DNA of 64,000 nt from a virus. The stretch spans positions 49,819 to 113,818 of the IMG/VR virus record IMGVR_UViG_3300010413_000005; one strand, given 5' to 3'. Under the pieces are notes generated by a model. It had not been told where the DNA came from, made no database searches, and saw only the letters and a list, made by a program, of their open reading frames with translations. The number at the start of each line of letters is the position of its first letter. Positions within the stretch are counted from its first letter, which is position 1. Both the position numbers and the translations under genes were made by a program. Below, one piece after another: positions 27,871 through 38,775 of this stretch.

Positions 27871-28308
27871 TTACTCTACGGTAACTCCAGCCATGTGAGC
27901 GGTGGCCGAAAGAGCAGCTCCGGCCGTGGGCGCCGCGGTAACGGAAAGCGTGACTACGTCGTTCTCGACCAACGCGACGTCCAGATCCAAACTCTTGACG
28001 GTTCCGTCCGCTTCCGTATTGGCAATGGTCAGCGACCCCTTGGAAACGCCGTTCACCAAAACCGCTACAGTCGTGGAATCGGCCGTTCCGGTCGTTCCCA
28101 CGGCGATCTTGAGTTCGCGTAGTTTGCATGCATGGCGTACTACCAATCCGGCGATGACTGCTACCGCGATTGTCGCTTGGTAAGCGGACAACGGAGAGCC
28201 GTCATAAGCCATCTCTTTCAGCACGTCGTACAAACGACTATCCCGAGCGTTCGACTCGTCGAAAAACGCTCCTGCTTCACCTAGTGATTTCTTCAAAGTG
28301 GCGGTCAT
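27871..28308 (-). CDS. Putative tail decoration protein (beta-sandwich)
   Basis: 145 aa, Ala/Val/Thr-rich, between sheath and tube; AAGGAGG SD. Confidence 0.55.
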   Translation of the reverse strand: MTATLKKSLGEAGAFFDESNARDSRLYDVLKEMAYDGSPLSAYQATIAVAVIAGLVVRHACKLRELKIAVGTTGTADSTTVAVLVNGVSKGSLTIANTEADGTVKSLDLDVALVENDVVTLSVTAAPTAGAALSATAHMAGVTVE

Positions 28309-28320
28309 CAGAATCCTCCT

Positions 28321-30642
28321 TTATGATGATACGTTCTCGAAAACTCCTTGCTTGCTCATCGTTATGATAAAGCGCTCGGTGGTATCGGCCAACCTTAATG
28401 ACACCGCTGCGTTTTTATCGCCGGCCGCGCGCGTCGCATCGGTGTTGTTCTCAGAATCTACTTTGATGATGGCCGCTTCTCCGAACGTATCGCCGCGGAT
28501 CGCCCTCTTCGTCCATTCGGGCAGGAAGAACGAAATCAGAGCAGCTTTCGCGTCGTTGTCTGAATCGGCATCGTTTATGGTGAAGATGATGAAGTCCAGA
28601 GCGGCGTATAGAACCTGCTCGTAATACGACATCAACTCACGTTGGTGCTTCCAACGCCAAGTCGGATCGAGGTGCAACGTTCTGTCGCCCCAAAGAACGT
28701 AGTTGCCCCTTTTCTTCAGGATCATACCGATGCCTGCTGGATTGAGCAACTCCTGATCCAATATATTCGGATCCGTCGTCAATTTGATGATCTTGGGCAG
28801 CTTGACGTTGATGCCTGCTTCGGCTTTGTGATATCCGTTGTAATCTCGAGCGACTGCCGCTTCAGCTCCGTGAATCATTCCGGTGGCCGGAACCAACTTC
28901 AACTTGCCTTCTCGAGAGGCAGCGGGATTCGGATCGAGCACGTAAACGTAACTCGGAAACGTAACGACCGAGAAATCGCTACGACCCAAGGTGTCGTTGA
29001 TTTGAGACAGAGCTGATTGCTCCGTCACGATGTTACTCGGAATCTCGTGACGATATTGGTGATTATAATGTTCTACGTAGGCTACAGCCGCTTTTGCGAC
29101 CGCGGTCGCTCCGATTCCCGGAGTGGCGAACTTGACCAATCCAAGATTCTGGTCGGCCAATTGATTGAACGGGCTGTTATCCAGGTCCCACGCCTGTTGG
29201 ATATAATCGGTATCGGTCAAATCCGCATTCCCGTCTGCTCCGTCCGCCAACTCCTGCGCGAACTGGACCAAGAACTTCTTTCCGGCCGCGGATACGGTAG
29301 TCATGTCTCCAGACGAAATCGTGATCGTGGAATGTGTGTTGTCCGAAATCCGGAACTTGTCCAACTTGTTATCCACCTTGTTGGGATACACATATCCGCC
29401 TATCAACTCATCTACGATGAACGGTTTGTAGTTGATAACCAGAGTATCGGTAGCCACCAAAGCCGTGCCACCTGCGGTAACGGTGAATGACGGTGCCCAT
29501 TTGTTCACGTTCGCTCCGCCTGCTCCGTTCGGAGGATCAAATAGCGTTCCCAAAGTGACTGTCCCGAGAGCTCCGAACTTATCGGAAACCGCGTCGCCTG
29601 CGGTAGCAGACGTCATGGTAATCGTGATCTTTTGCGCCAACTGGGCGTCGTTTGTAGTTCCCAAAGCGAACGTAGGATCACCTCCGCTCGGAGAGTTGAT
29701 CGTGAAATCGTGTATGATCGCCGTCAAAACCAAAGCGGTAACGGTGCTGACTTCGCCGTAATAATTGGCAGGACGTTGAGCCGCGGTATGCGCTCCGGTT
29801 ATCAAGTCAACTACGAATATCTCGTCGTTTGCGTCGTCGTTGTTGATGACGTTTACCCAATACCTGGCGTTATCCGGATCCGTGTGTAGATTTCCGTACT
29901 TTTTGACGAATTCTCCATCCACGAAAACGGACAAACTGAATTCGCTATCCGGATTATCTTCGCCGTCTCCGACTTCTACAGTTATCGCTTTGTCCTCGGT
30001 TTCCAAAACAAGATAGAAAACCAAATCGGACGCGCCTCCGGCCGTCCAATCCGTCTTCATAGTCTGATCCGATTCCACGGTAATCAAACCGGTCGCGTTG
30101 TTCCCGACAATCGGATATCGAGAATTCGGAACTTCGCTCAACTCGATATATCCGCCCTTCCACTCGTCGGTGTTGTAATTAGAAGCCACAGCTGCGGGCA
30201 ATTGCAACGTGGTTTCGTTCAAATCTCCGGCCGCGTCCAATTCATATGTGGCGTTCTTTCTTTTGCCGCCCCATCTGCCCCCGTTCGCCGCTTTGACGGT
30301 TCCCATCGGAGTTAACAGATCTGAATTGCGTTGATACAGAGTGAGTTGCGCTTGTCTTTCGTTCCCGTCGGTGACTCTGACCAGCGCCAATCCTCCGGCG
30401 CCTCCAGCCCCATCGTAGAAGTCCAACGCGCAATCAGGGGTGAGATAACCGTCTACGATTCCTCCCATCTTTTTGCTGAATAACTTTTTGCTGCTAGCGA
30501 GTATTAATTCGCCAACTTTGCCTTTTTCGAACACTCCGGCGTATCCGGCCCAACCGAGCGCACCTGGCTCTATTGTCTTCTCGCCTTCTTGTTCGATGAT
30601 TACGACTCCCGCTCCTCTGGTAGGTCCGAATCTTTTAGCCAT
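28321..30642 (-). CDS. Contractile tail sheath protein
   Basis: GAGVVIIEQ, GVFEKG, LVRV, GRWG, VPATG...G, GYHKA.AG, LNPAGI, VLWGDRTL, W....RE, IKVDSENN, TERF.I. Confidence 0.92.
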   Translation of the reverse strand: MAKRFGPTRGAGVVIIEQEGEKTIEPGALGWAGYAGVFEKGKVGELILASSKKLFSKKMGGIVDGYLTPDCALDFYDGAGGAGGLALVRVTDGNERQAQLTLYQRNSDLLTPMGTVKAANGGRWGGKRKNATYELDAAGDLNETTLQLPAAVASNYNTDEWKGGYIELSEVPNSRYPIVGNNATGLITVESDQTMKTDWTAGGASDLVFYLVLETEDKAITVEVGDGEDNPDSEFSLSVFVDGEFVKKYGNLHTDPDNARYWVNVINNDDANDEIFVVDLITGAHTAAQRPANYYGEVSTVTALVLTAIIHDFTINSPSGGDPTFALGTTNDAQLAQKITITMTSATAGDAVSDKFGALGTVTLGTLFDPPNGAGGANVNKWAPSFTVTAGGTALVATDTLVINYKPFIVDELIGGYVYPNKVDNKLDKFRISDNTHSTITISSGDMTTVSAAGKKFLVQFAQELADGADGNADLTDTDYIQQAWDLDNSPFNQLADQNLGLVKFATPGIGATAVAKAAVAYVEHYNHQYRHEIPSNIVTEQSALSQINDTLGRSDFSVVTFPSYVYVLDPNPAASREGKLKLVPATGMIHGAEAAVARDYNGYHKAEAGINVKLPKIIKLTTDPNILDQELLNPAGIGMILKKRGNYVLWGDRTLHLDPTWRWKHQRELMSYYEQVLYAALDFIIFTINDADSDNDAKAALISFFLPEWTKRAIRGDTFGEAAIIKVDSENNTDATRAAGDKNAAVSLRLADTTERFIITMSKQGVFENVSS

Positions 30643-30653
30643 TTGGAAACCTC

Positions 30654-31892
30654 CTAAACATTCGATGTAGCAGACAGCGCAACGTTCAGAACGCCAGTTA
30701 TATCCTCTGCATCCTTATGGTAGAATAGCGCTTGAACGATCCGAAATCTAAATTTGCCCACGTGCAAATCCTTTTGATTAGCTGTTGTTTGTTGATCATA
30801 ATCGTCTAATAACCACAAACGGAAATTTTCGTCCAATCCCAACGACGTGAGAAAGTCATTGTTGCCGAAGTATTTTTGTACTGCCTCTTTCATCCGGGCG
30901 TGGTCCTTGCCCTTGTTAGTTACAAATTTGCCCAATATTTCGATGTCTGATTGGGTGATTGATACTTTTTTGCCGATGCCAGTCACCTTGCTAATTACGA
31001 AGATGTCTCTCAAAGCGTCTTTGCCATCCACTTCCGAGATATCTTCCAGCACTATTTCTGGCACTTTTTCCAACTCCACGTAATCCTGTCCGGTTGTTAC
31101 AACGATCTCGGGATAGTAAACGAATCTTATCAACAACACGGAACCGGAAGATTGCGAAGACGAAAGCGTGATTACTTTGTTATTCGAATCGTACGATTGG
31201 AACAAATCGTTCAACTTGTTGGAGTCGACGGATATGTTGTACACGGAATCGATGCTGACTATGTTGTACGGAGTCTCTATCGGAAAATCGTTGATCAAAT
31301 CAATCGTAGAAGAATTCGAAGCCAATTGAACGGAGTGTTCTCCGATCGGACGAATTTTGTCCTCCATATCTTTCAACAGAGAACGCCAAACGTAATCCTC
31401 CATCTCCTCTATGTCGCTTTCGTACATGACGCGGATTTCTTTCACGATCGGAGTGTAAATCGGATTGGTAGTTCTCAAATTGACTATGACTTGTAGAGTC
31501 TGAGCGGCGACCGGGAAACTGCTAATGTTGTTGTGAACTTCTTCTTCCGTATTCCAATTGTTGGAAGAAGCCACTATCCAAGCTCCGGCGCCGGAATTGT
31601 AATACAACTCCTGCGTTCCGTCGTGTAATCGATATTTGACATCCGTAACAGGAGAATTGGAAATCAACTTGTGTACGACGTCTACCATAAATCCGGTCCA
31701 TCTCTTCAAACTTTTCGGATTGGTTGACTTAGTTTTCACATACAAATCGTAATCGAGCGGATACGAACCGCTGGCATCTTCCAATTGAATCCAATTGTTT
31801 TCCGGAGGCAAACGCGTTTTGGGACCCAAGGTGATGCTATTTCGTTCGCTATCCAAGAATTCGAACGTTTTTATCAGAGTCTTTACTCTCAT
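30654..31892 (-). CDS. Putative tail terminator / neck protein with added domains
   Basis: Immediately upstream of the sheath; 412 aa, beta-rich. Confidence 0.5.
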   Translation of the reverse strand: MRVKTLIKTFEFLDSERNSITLGPKTRLPPENNWIQLEDASGSYPLDYDLYVKTKSTNPKSLKRWTGFMVDVVHKLISNSPVTDVKYRLHDGTQELYYNSGAGAWIVASSNNWNTEEEVHNNISSFPVAAQTLQVIVNLRTTNPIYTPIVKEIRVMYESDIEEMEDYVWRSLLKDMEDKIRPIGEHSVQLASNSSTIDLINDFPIETPYNIVSIDSVYNISVDSNKLNDLFQSYDSNNKVITLSSSQSSGSVLLIRFVYYPEIVVTTGQDYVELEKVPEIVLEDISEVDGKDALRDIFVISKVTGIGKKVSITQSDIEILGKFVTNKGKDHARMKEAVQKYFGNNDFLTSLGLDENFRLWLLDDYDQQTTANQKDLHVGKFRFRIVQALFYHKDAEDITGVLNVALSATSNV

Positions 31893-32518
31893 TTTTTACT
31901 CCTGGCCGCTGCAGCTTGTTCTCTAAACGAAGCTTGAAGCGCTTGCTGCCAATTTCTTTTCATCAACCTTTTCATTTCCGGATCATCGTTCGCGTTCCTC
32001 ATCCATGGTCTGGCCGGTATTTCTATGACATTGGTGCTTTCTTTCAAAGGATACCAATTCTGCATTGCTTCGAACAATTCTTTAGCGCGTCCGGTCAACT
32101 CGGAGGGATCTATCTTTCCGATACTCGCCTGCCAAAGCATATAAAACATGTTGCGCATCTTTTGACTCACCGGAATGGTTGCCCCTTCGTGTACTATCAC
32201 CGCTATGTTGTAAATATCGTCTCTACGCAAAACTCCGGCGAACGAGGTGAAATCGTTTACCACCTTCGAAGTGATAGCGTTGAACATTTCAGAAGTTCCT
32301 ACCAATGGTTTGTCGTCTCCCTTTATCGCTTGGGTGAGAGCGGCGTTGGCTGGCTTAACTCCGGCTTGTATAGCCCTCCTGTACGCCGCTTGTGCTACCA
32401 TACCGTTCAACTGCGTAGCTCTGCGCATATTCCTACGCATTATCTTGTCAAATTGCTTAGAATCCAACGCCGCTTCCATTTTCTTCATTCCCTTGAATGT
32501 GATCTTGGTTTTGGGCAT
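31889..32518 (-). CDS. Tail completion / virion morphogenesis protein
   Basis: NAALT..IKG..KPLV.T..M.N.IT, IAVIVHEG, IPARPW. Confidence 0.72.
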   Translation of the reverse strand: MPKTKITFKGMKKMEAALDSKQFDKIMRRNMRRATQLNGMVAQAAYRRAIQAGVKPANAALTQAIKGDDKPLVGTSEMFNAITSKVVNDFTSFAGVLRRDDIYNIAVIVHEGATIPVSQKMRNMFYMLWQASIGKIDPSELTGRAKELFEAMQNWYPLKESTNVIEIPARPWMRNANDDPEMKRLMKRNWQQALQASFREQAAAARSKK

Positions 32519-32931
32519 TACAGATTACCTCTATTCTGATTTCCCGGTTGTCGATCGGAAAAGAACGCCTTTACAGTGGTAGGTCCGCCTTGGTCATCCC
32601 AATGTGCCTCCGGAAGCATTTCGGTGATGTATACGTCTACGTTTATCGTTCCAATTTTCGTGAATCTATCTCCTCTTTTCAAAGCCACTCCAGACGCATT
32701 CAAATCAACGTATCTGAACAGCACGTATCCTATAGAGTCTTCGCGCGCGCCTCCCTTTTGCATGTCCAAAGAGACGTCCTTTCCCCATCTCGGTTGGCCG
32801 TTCACTATTACAGTGGAAGCTCGAGCTGATTGCTGTACGGTTTCTCTGAAATCGTCGTCGTAAAACGTATTAGCAGGCACAGAAACCTGTATGCTCACAG
32901 GAATGGGGTGTAACAATAACGGTATCGGCAT
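32518..32931 (-). CDS. Head-closure (stopper) protein
   Basis: Start MPIPLLLHP by TAATG coupling; LKRGDR; follows the adaptor. Confidence 0.65.
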   Translation of the reverse strand: MPIPLLLHPIPVSIQVSVPANTFYDDDFRETVQQSARASTVIVNGQPRWGKDVSLDMQKGGAREDSIGYVLFRYVDLNASGVALKRGDRFTKIGTINVDVYITEMLPEAHWDDQGGPTTVKAFFSDRQPGNQNRGNL

Positions 32932-34019
32932 TATCTGTAACTCCAATCAGCAGGAGTCGCCAACCCTATAGGCGCCCTGTACAATCTCAAAATGTCCAGA
33001 ATCTCTTGGTCTGACGTTATTCCGGACAATCCGTACGTTTTTCTCGTAGAGGTATCGGCCCATTTCCTTTTGTGTCCGTCGACCCATTCTTCAATTATCT
33101 GCCCGCCCATGACCGGAGGTGGTGTTATTCCGCCTGTTCCCGGAACGATCGGGTTGGTCAACTTCTCGATTACCAATTTGATCAAAGCTCGTTTGATCAA
33201 CGCGGGACACACTCCGTTGTCGAGATATCCGAAAACGCCCTTTACGTATTGATTCTGCCTTCCCTTGCGAAACAGCGTACGTCCGGTCCTCATCGGAGCC
33301 GTGTAAATATCTCTGTAATCATTCCAACTATCGATCAATTTGATTCGAGGATTTTGCTTGTCCATCGGATAAACGCTCGCATTATACACCTTGTAATAAT
33401 CGGTGTTTAGCGCGACAGTGTCGTCGTTTATCTTCAACGTTTCTATGGATATGATGGGAACTCCGAAGAACAACGTATCGGAATCGTTTCCGTCCACGTA
33501 AAGCTCGAGAGTGAGCGGATAAAACCATTGCCTAGTCGCTCGTTCTATGAACGGTTGCCACGTACATATTGACGCTTGTATCGCTGCGTCGTCCGGAGGA
33601 TTGGCGTTCAATCCGGCAGCTCTGACTTCGGCGATGCTTACATATTGTTGTCCGGCCGTCAATACGATTTCTGAATTGACCTGGAATTCTTCGTTGAAGT
33701 ATTGTTCCTGGCTTCCTACGGTGGCTTTGACAAACCATCTTATTTCGTGCGTCCCGAGAGGAGCGCTGGCCGGAACGACGTATCTGGCCACGTATCTTCC
33801 AGTTTCCACCCTGTCTCCGACCGGACAAGCATTCAAATTGACAGATTGCCTACCGGATAACGGATACACTTGGATAGGATTGTTCGGATCCGTGACTTTT
33901 TCGAATATTTGGAATTCTAATTGGGCAACATTCGTAGGAACGCCGTAGCTATCGTTAGTGTACACGTCCAATTTCGGGTTGCTACAATCGCTTACTTCGT
34001 TTCGCGTCAATGCTGGCAT
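32931..34019 (-). CDS. Head-tail adaptor with N-terminal Ig-like domain
   Basis: YVSIAEVR, FIERATRQWF, VDGND, G.QN.YV.G.FGY, P.LIKRA, ILRLYR. Confidence 0.75.
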   Translation of the reverse strand: MPALTRNEVSDCSNPKLDVYTNDSYGVPTNVAQLEFQIFEKVTDPNNPIQVYPLSGRQSVNLNACPVGDRVETGRYVARYVVPASAPLGTHEIRWFVKATVGSQEQYFNEEFQVNSEIVLTAGQQYVSIAEVRAAGLNANPPDDAAIQASICTWQPFIERATRQWFYPLTLELYVDGNDSDTLFFGVPIISIETLKINDDTVALNTDYYKVYNASVYPMDKQNPRIKLIDSWNDYRDIYTAPMRTGRTLFRKGRQNQYVKGVFGYLDNGVCPALIKRALIKLVIEKLTNPIVPGTGGITPPPVMGGQIIEEWVDGHKRKWADTSTRKTYGLSGITSDQEILDILRLYRAPIGLATPADWSYR

Positions 34020-34020
34020 A

Positions 34021-37000
34021 TCAACCTGCCGTTTCTACGGAATCGTTTATCACCAAATTGTAATACATGTCCACTTTCAAGCTGTCATTGTATTCTAAAA
34101 CGTCTCCGTTGTTTTCAACAAACCCCGTTGGAATGGGCGAACAAATGCGCCCTCCCGATATTGATAACGGTCCCGTGGGATTCACTGTGTGTATTTTGCT
34201 GTCTCCGTAATTGGCTCCGTTGAGTATTCCGTGTATGACCAATATAGGTTCTCCCGAATACGACACATCTTCCGTCTCTACGACGTCGGACAATTCCCTA
34301 TTGTATTGTGCTTCTATCAACAACGAATCCGTCAAATCTATTGCATCCGGAGGAACGAATAGCAAATCAGCCGTTATGGAGTCAGATATCGATATGGAAT
34401 CGGCCGCTTGTCCTCCCAGAATCAATACCGCGGACAATGAATCCGATACGCCGGCCGTATCTTGAATTGATCCGACTTTTTCCAGCGACGCATTGGCTTC
34501 ATCGATAACCGAAATGGAATCGTAAATCTTCACATCGAAGCTGGGAGCTTGATATTGCAACGAATCCGTTACGGATGCGGAATCCGAAATCGTTCGGCTG
34601 GCTTGGTGTTCTTTTGTTGGGAGCTCCGAAACCGCAGCCGAATCGTTTATCACAATGTAGAATATCTTCTCCAAAGAAGTCGTCAACTGGTCGGTGACGG
34701 ACGGAGAATCAGATATCGTACGTCCGAAATACATTTCAATTGTCGTTTGGTCGGACACCGGAATTGTGTCAGACAACGAGATTATTCCGCCCAACGATAT
34801 GTCTATCGTGTCCGATACTTCGGAAGTATCGTTTATGTAGCGAGATGCGTCGTGTTCTCGAGTAAGTTGTTCCGATACAGTCGGAAAATCCGACACAGTC
34901 TTGTCAAAATCGGCGACTCTGGACAATTGATCTGATGTCGAAATGGTGTCTGATAGCGCTATCTCGAAGGATGATTCTTGGCTATCCGAAGTACTGACGA
35001 AATCTCCTACGGTCCTGGATGATTCGTGAGAACGAGATAATTGTTCTGATAACGAAACGGAATCGTCTATTGTTATTTGAACCGTTCCGCTAAACGCGAT
35101 TTGTATTTGATCAGATACGGATACGGAGTCCGAAGTCGATCTGTCGTATTCGGTTGTCTTCAATACGGAGTCGTTCACGACCGCGGTATCCGAGAAAGTC
35201 AGATCAAATATGCCTGCTGATGCTTGGTCTGAAACGGATACGGAATCAGATAACGCTCTGTACGACTCCCAAGACCTCTGTATTGCATCTGAGGTGGAAA
35301 TCGAATCGGATATCTCCACGCCCAACGTTTTATATTCGGAAATCTGGTCAGACGTAGACGCTGAATCGGACGCGCTCCGGGAATATGACAATGCGTTCGC
35401 GACCTGATCGGACGTAGAAACGGAGTCGGATACTATTCGTCTGATCGATCCTTCTTCGAATTCTGTGGACAACGAATCGGATACATTGATCGAATCGCCG
35501 GCCGCTCTGCCGTACGACATCACTGCTTTGATGCTTTCGTCGCTGGCGTTTACGGTATCCGATATCGCATATGATCTTATCAACGAAGCTTTGAACGTGT
35601 CATATGGGACAACCCAGTTACGGATCAACCTTCCGAACGTCATGGACACTTTCAATTGATCCATGACTCCAACCATAGATTCGCCGTCTCTTTGCGTTTC
35701 TACGGATATGGTGTCGGACATTACGGTGGAATCGGAAATTGTTCTGATACAATTGAAAACGCGAGCGACTTGATCCGAAGTGGAAATTGAGTCGGATATC
35801 TTCGCTCCCAATTCCATTTCTACGGCGACGGAATCCGCTACGTTCAAGGAATCTACGGCTGATCTGCTGAATGCCAAGGACGGTTTGGTGGTGTCCGTAG
35901 TGACGGAAAAATCACTAATCGTCCTGGAATAAACCAGCGAAATATGCAATTCGTCGTCTATAGATATGGAATCTTGCTGGTATCCTTGTATCTCTACGAA
36001 AAAGTGTTCGCTCAAAGAAACGGAGTCGGATATCGTACGAACTGAGTCGAATACGCGGTTCAATTGATCGGACGTAGAAACGGAGTCGGATGCTGATCGT
36101 CCGGACTCCAGATTGGCTACTATTTGATCCGAAGTGGAAACAGAATCAGCGCTCGAGCGTCCAAGAATTCTATTTGTCTTCGTCGTGTCTGTCGTTATTA
36201 TCCAATCAGATTGCGTCCTATTCGCTTCCCATGATCGTTGAGTTTGGTCGTTTACGGTCGACGAATCGCTTATCGTCCTATTCGCTTCCCAAGATCGCTG
36301 CAGCGTATCAGTGACCGAAACTGAATTGGCATCTCCTCTGAAGAAATCAGCCTCTTTGTGCAATTGATCTGAGACAGATACGGAATCCGAATTCGAGCGC
36401 TCGAATGTCATTTCTACGCCCAATTGATCCGACGTAGAAACGGAGTCGCTTATCGTTCTGTTCGCTTCCCAAGAACGAGATATCTGATCTGCAACGGATG
36501 TGGAATCTGATACGGTTCTTCCGTATTCCAGAACCGTTGCAGATTGATCGTTTACTGATGCAGCATCCGATATCGTCCTGTCAGCTTGCCAATCGCGCGC
36601 GGTCGCGTCCGAGATTGACACGGAATCTGACAAAGTTCTGCCGAATTCCAACTCTGCTGCTACGGAATCGGTCGTTGACAGAGAATCGGATGCTGTCCTG
36701 CCGTATTCAAGCTCGGTGGCAATTTGATCGGAAGTGGAAGCAGTATCAGATTGTGTCCTATTCGCTTCCCACGCGCGCGCGGTCGAGTCCGTAACTGATG
36801 CCGTATCTGACAGATTGATTCTGTCGAATTCCATAACCGCTGCTATGGAATCGGAAACGGAAGCAGTATCGTTGATCGTTCTGGTGTATACTTGCCCGAT
36901 AAAACCGAGCGTGAACAAACATATCAGGTGATCAACGGTATTGTTGGTTGACCAATCGATGTAATCTGGATAATAAAAACGACCTACCTTGCCTGGAGAA

Positions 37001-38754
37001 TTCAAGTCTCCGGACGAATGCATCAATATGCCTTCAAATGTCTTCCTTCGTCGTTCGGATGTACTTCCGGTTTTGCCTAGCGCCATTCCGTCTTGATCCA
37101 CAGCTGTGTACGAAAATTTCACGTGTCCTTCGGAACACCCTCCGGCTTGTATTCCGACGTCGGTTCCGTCTCTATTCGTCAGAGCGTGAATCAGCTTCTT
37201 GGTGCCGTACGTTTGATCCAATCCGAATGAAGGAAGATATTGATCTGCGCCTCCGGTTCCGGAATTATCCGCTACCAAAGTCTCAACTTGGTACGGAAAA
37301 TAAGTCGTTCCTCCGAAATACAACGCCAAATAGAAAAAGTAATCGGCATTGGTTCCTACCCAAGTCCACCCGCTGGATGTGGTTTGCTCGAAAGATATTT
37401 CGTAATTTGCCGTTCCCGAAGTAGTCTGGCCATAGAATCCAGAATGTCTGTATATGAAGTCCGGTTGCCCGGTTTCTTCGGTCCCCACGAACGAATAACA
37501 TTGAGCGCCGGCTTGGCAATCCACCCATCCGGCGTTGCCGATTCCGGCCGCAGTTCTGAGTTGATCTGAATCAGAATCCAGACATTGTCCTATTATGTGG
37601 AGAGCGTCCGGCCTGAAATTCAATCCGCTCACGGCTCCGGCGCTACACAGAGCGGCGCCCACGGCAGCCTGGACGTCGGAACCTCCGAAAGCTATGTAAC
37701 TAAACGCGTATCCGCTGCCCATAACCGCGGACCAATTCAATCGGAATCCGTCGGTTATTCTGCTGTACGTGGCCAACAAATCCGGACTGCCTACCGTCGA
37801 ATTTCCGGCAATGTACAACGCTATAATTTCGCCATTTCTGCTGTATCCGGCCGCTCCGGATCCGGAATCGTGCCAAACTCCGAACGATCTTTGCGCCGCG
37901 GTCGTAACTCCGTCATCGGCTCCGATTCCGTGAGTGTATTCTATATCTGTCACGGCTGAATCCAGATTGTTTCGCGTGCCGTAGATAATCAACGCTTTAC
38001 AATCGAATCCGAGTCCGGTTATGTCTTGGTTACCTGTGGAAGTAGGGCTGGCGAAAGTTCCGGTAGCTATTCGAACATCTTTCGGAGTGGCAGTTTGTGG
38101 CGGCTGGATGACCATCATATGCGCCGTGTACGCATAAGACGTTATTCCGGGAATGTCGGTGGACGGATTGCCGGTGGAAGTGCTGGCGCTTGCAATTCCC
38201 TTCGTTTGTACGTAGCAAGTTACTTCGTCCAACAACACGCCTATGCCGACGTCCAACCTTTCAGTCCACCCGCTCGCAGGACTCGCTCCGGTGTTGTTCC
38301 CTTCGACCAGATTCGCCGAAGCTATTGCGAGACAATCGGCGACCGGAGTGGTTTCGGCCAACCAATTGTAAGTTCCGGAGTCTTCATAGTTTATGGAATG
38401 ACGCGCGATCGGTCTTGCCTTGTCCGCTCCGCGAATGCAATGGATGTATGCTACGGAATTTAGAGTGCCGATGCCGGGATAAGAAAACTGTACGCTGTTG
38501 GAATCTCCGCTCTCTCTTATCTTCCAAAATACTACGTCACGACTTGCGTTTTGATATCCTCCGAGAATGTGCCATCCAGATGGCGGATAAACAAATTCAT
38601 CTACGTTGGGATTGGCATTGGGCAAACAAATTTGGGCTATGAGCAGGTCGCCGGTAGTGGGAGGGCTGCCACCGTCGATGCCGGATATGTCTACGGTATT
38701 CGAAGAAGCGAAAGCCGTATTATACGCAATCCCTTCGTAAGACGGAATAGCCAT
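34021..38754 (-). CDS. Giant Ser/Thr/Asp-rich repeat virion protein (head/neck fibre)
   Basis: 1577 aa; N-terminal beta domains (GDLLIA...PSGW; TGTF...TGNQDITGLGF), then ~900 aa of ~20-aa repeats RT(I/A)SDSVS(T/V)SDQ. Confidence 0.7.
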   Translation of the reverse strand: MAIPSYEGIAYNTAFASSNTVDISGIDGGSPPTTGDLLIAQICLPNANPNVDEFVYPPSGWHILGGYQNASRDVVFWKIRESGDSNSVQFSYPGIGTLNSVAYIHCIRGADKARPIARHSINYEDSGTYNWLAETTPVADCLAIASANLVEGNNTGASPASGWTERLDVGIGVLLDEVTCYVQTKGIASASTSTGNPSTDIPGITSYAYTAHMMVIQPPQTATPKDVRIATGTFASPTSTGNQDITGLGFDCKALIIYGTRNNLDSAVTDIEYTHGIGADDGVTTAAQRSFGVWHDSGSGAAGYSRNGEIIALYIAGNSTVGSPDLLATYSRITDGFRLNWSAVMGSGYAFSYIAFGGSDVQAAVGAALCSAGAVSGLNFRPDALHIIGQCLDSDSDQLRTAAGIGNAGWVDCQAGAQCYSFVGTEETGQPDFIYRHSGFYGQTTSGTANYEISFEQTTSSGWTWVGTNADYFFYLALYFGGTTYFPYQVETLVADNSGTGGADQYLPSFGLDQTYGTKKLIHALTNRDGTDVGIQAGGCSEGHVKFSYTAVDQDGMALGKTGSTSERRRKTFEGILMHSSGDLNSPGKVGRFYYPDYIDWSTNNTVDHLICLFTLGFIGQVYTRTINDTASVSDSIAAVMEFDRINLSDTASVTDSTARAWEANRTQSDTASTSDQIATELEYGRTASDSLSTTDSVAAELEFGRTLSDSVSISDATARDWQADRTISDAASVNDQSATVLEYGRTVSDSTSVADQISRSWEANRTISDSVSTSDQLGVEMTFERSNSDSVSVSDQLHKEADFFRGDANSVSVTDTLQRSWEANRTISDSSTVNDQTQRSWEANRTQSDWIITTDTTKTNRILGRSSADSVSTSDQIVANLESGRSASDSVSTSDQLNRVFDSVRTISDSVSLSEHFFVEIQGYQQDSISIDDELHISLVYSRTISDFSVTTDTTKPSLAFSRSAVDSLNVADSVAVEMELGAKISDSISTSDQVARVFNCIRTISDSTVMSDTISVETQRDGESMVGVMDQLKVSMTFGRLIRNWVVPYDTFKASLIRSYAISDTVNASDESIKAVMSYGRAAGDSINVSDSLSTEFEEGSIRRIVSDSVSTSDQVANALSYSRSASDSASTSDQISEYKTLGVEISDSISTSDAIQRSWESYRALSDSVSVSDQASAGIFDLTFSDTAVVNDSVLKTTEYDRSTSDSVSVSDQIQIAFSGTVQITIDDSVSLSEQLSRSHESSRTVGDFVSTSDSQESSFEIALSDTISTSDQLSRVADFDKTVSDFPTVSEQLTREHDASRYINDTSEVSDTIDISLGGIISLSDTIPVSDQTTIEMYFGRTISDSPSVTDQLTTSLEKIFYIVINDSAAVSELPTKEHQASRTISDSASVTDSLQYQAPSFDVKIYDSISVIDEANASLEKVGSIQDTAGVSDSLSAVLILGGQAADSISISDSITADLLFVPPDAIDLTDSLLIEAQYNRELSDVVETEDVSYSGEPILVIHGILNGANYGDSKIHTVNPTGPLSISGGRICSPIPTGFVENNGDVLEYNDSLKVDMYYNLVINDSVETAG

Positions 38755-38775
38755 ATCACTTCACCCTACCACTCC

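Noticed and set aside
12769-30642. Extracellular contractile injection system/tailocin
   Set aside because: Capsid, portal, terminase and replication genes are linked, so this is a complete phage.
35400-36450. Repeated gatc(g/c)gacgtagaaacggagtc segments as DGR or CRISPR
   Set aside because: They are coding repeats of the 20-aa unit; there is no reverse transcriptase and no adenine-specific pattern was noticed.
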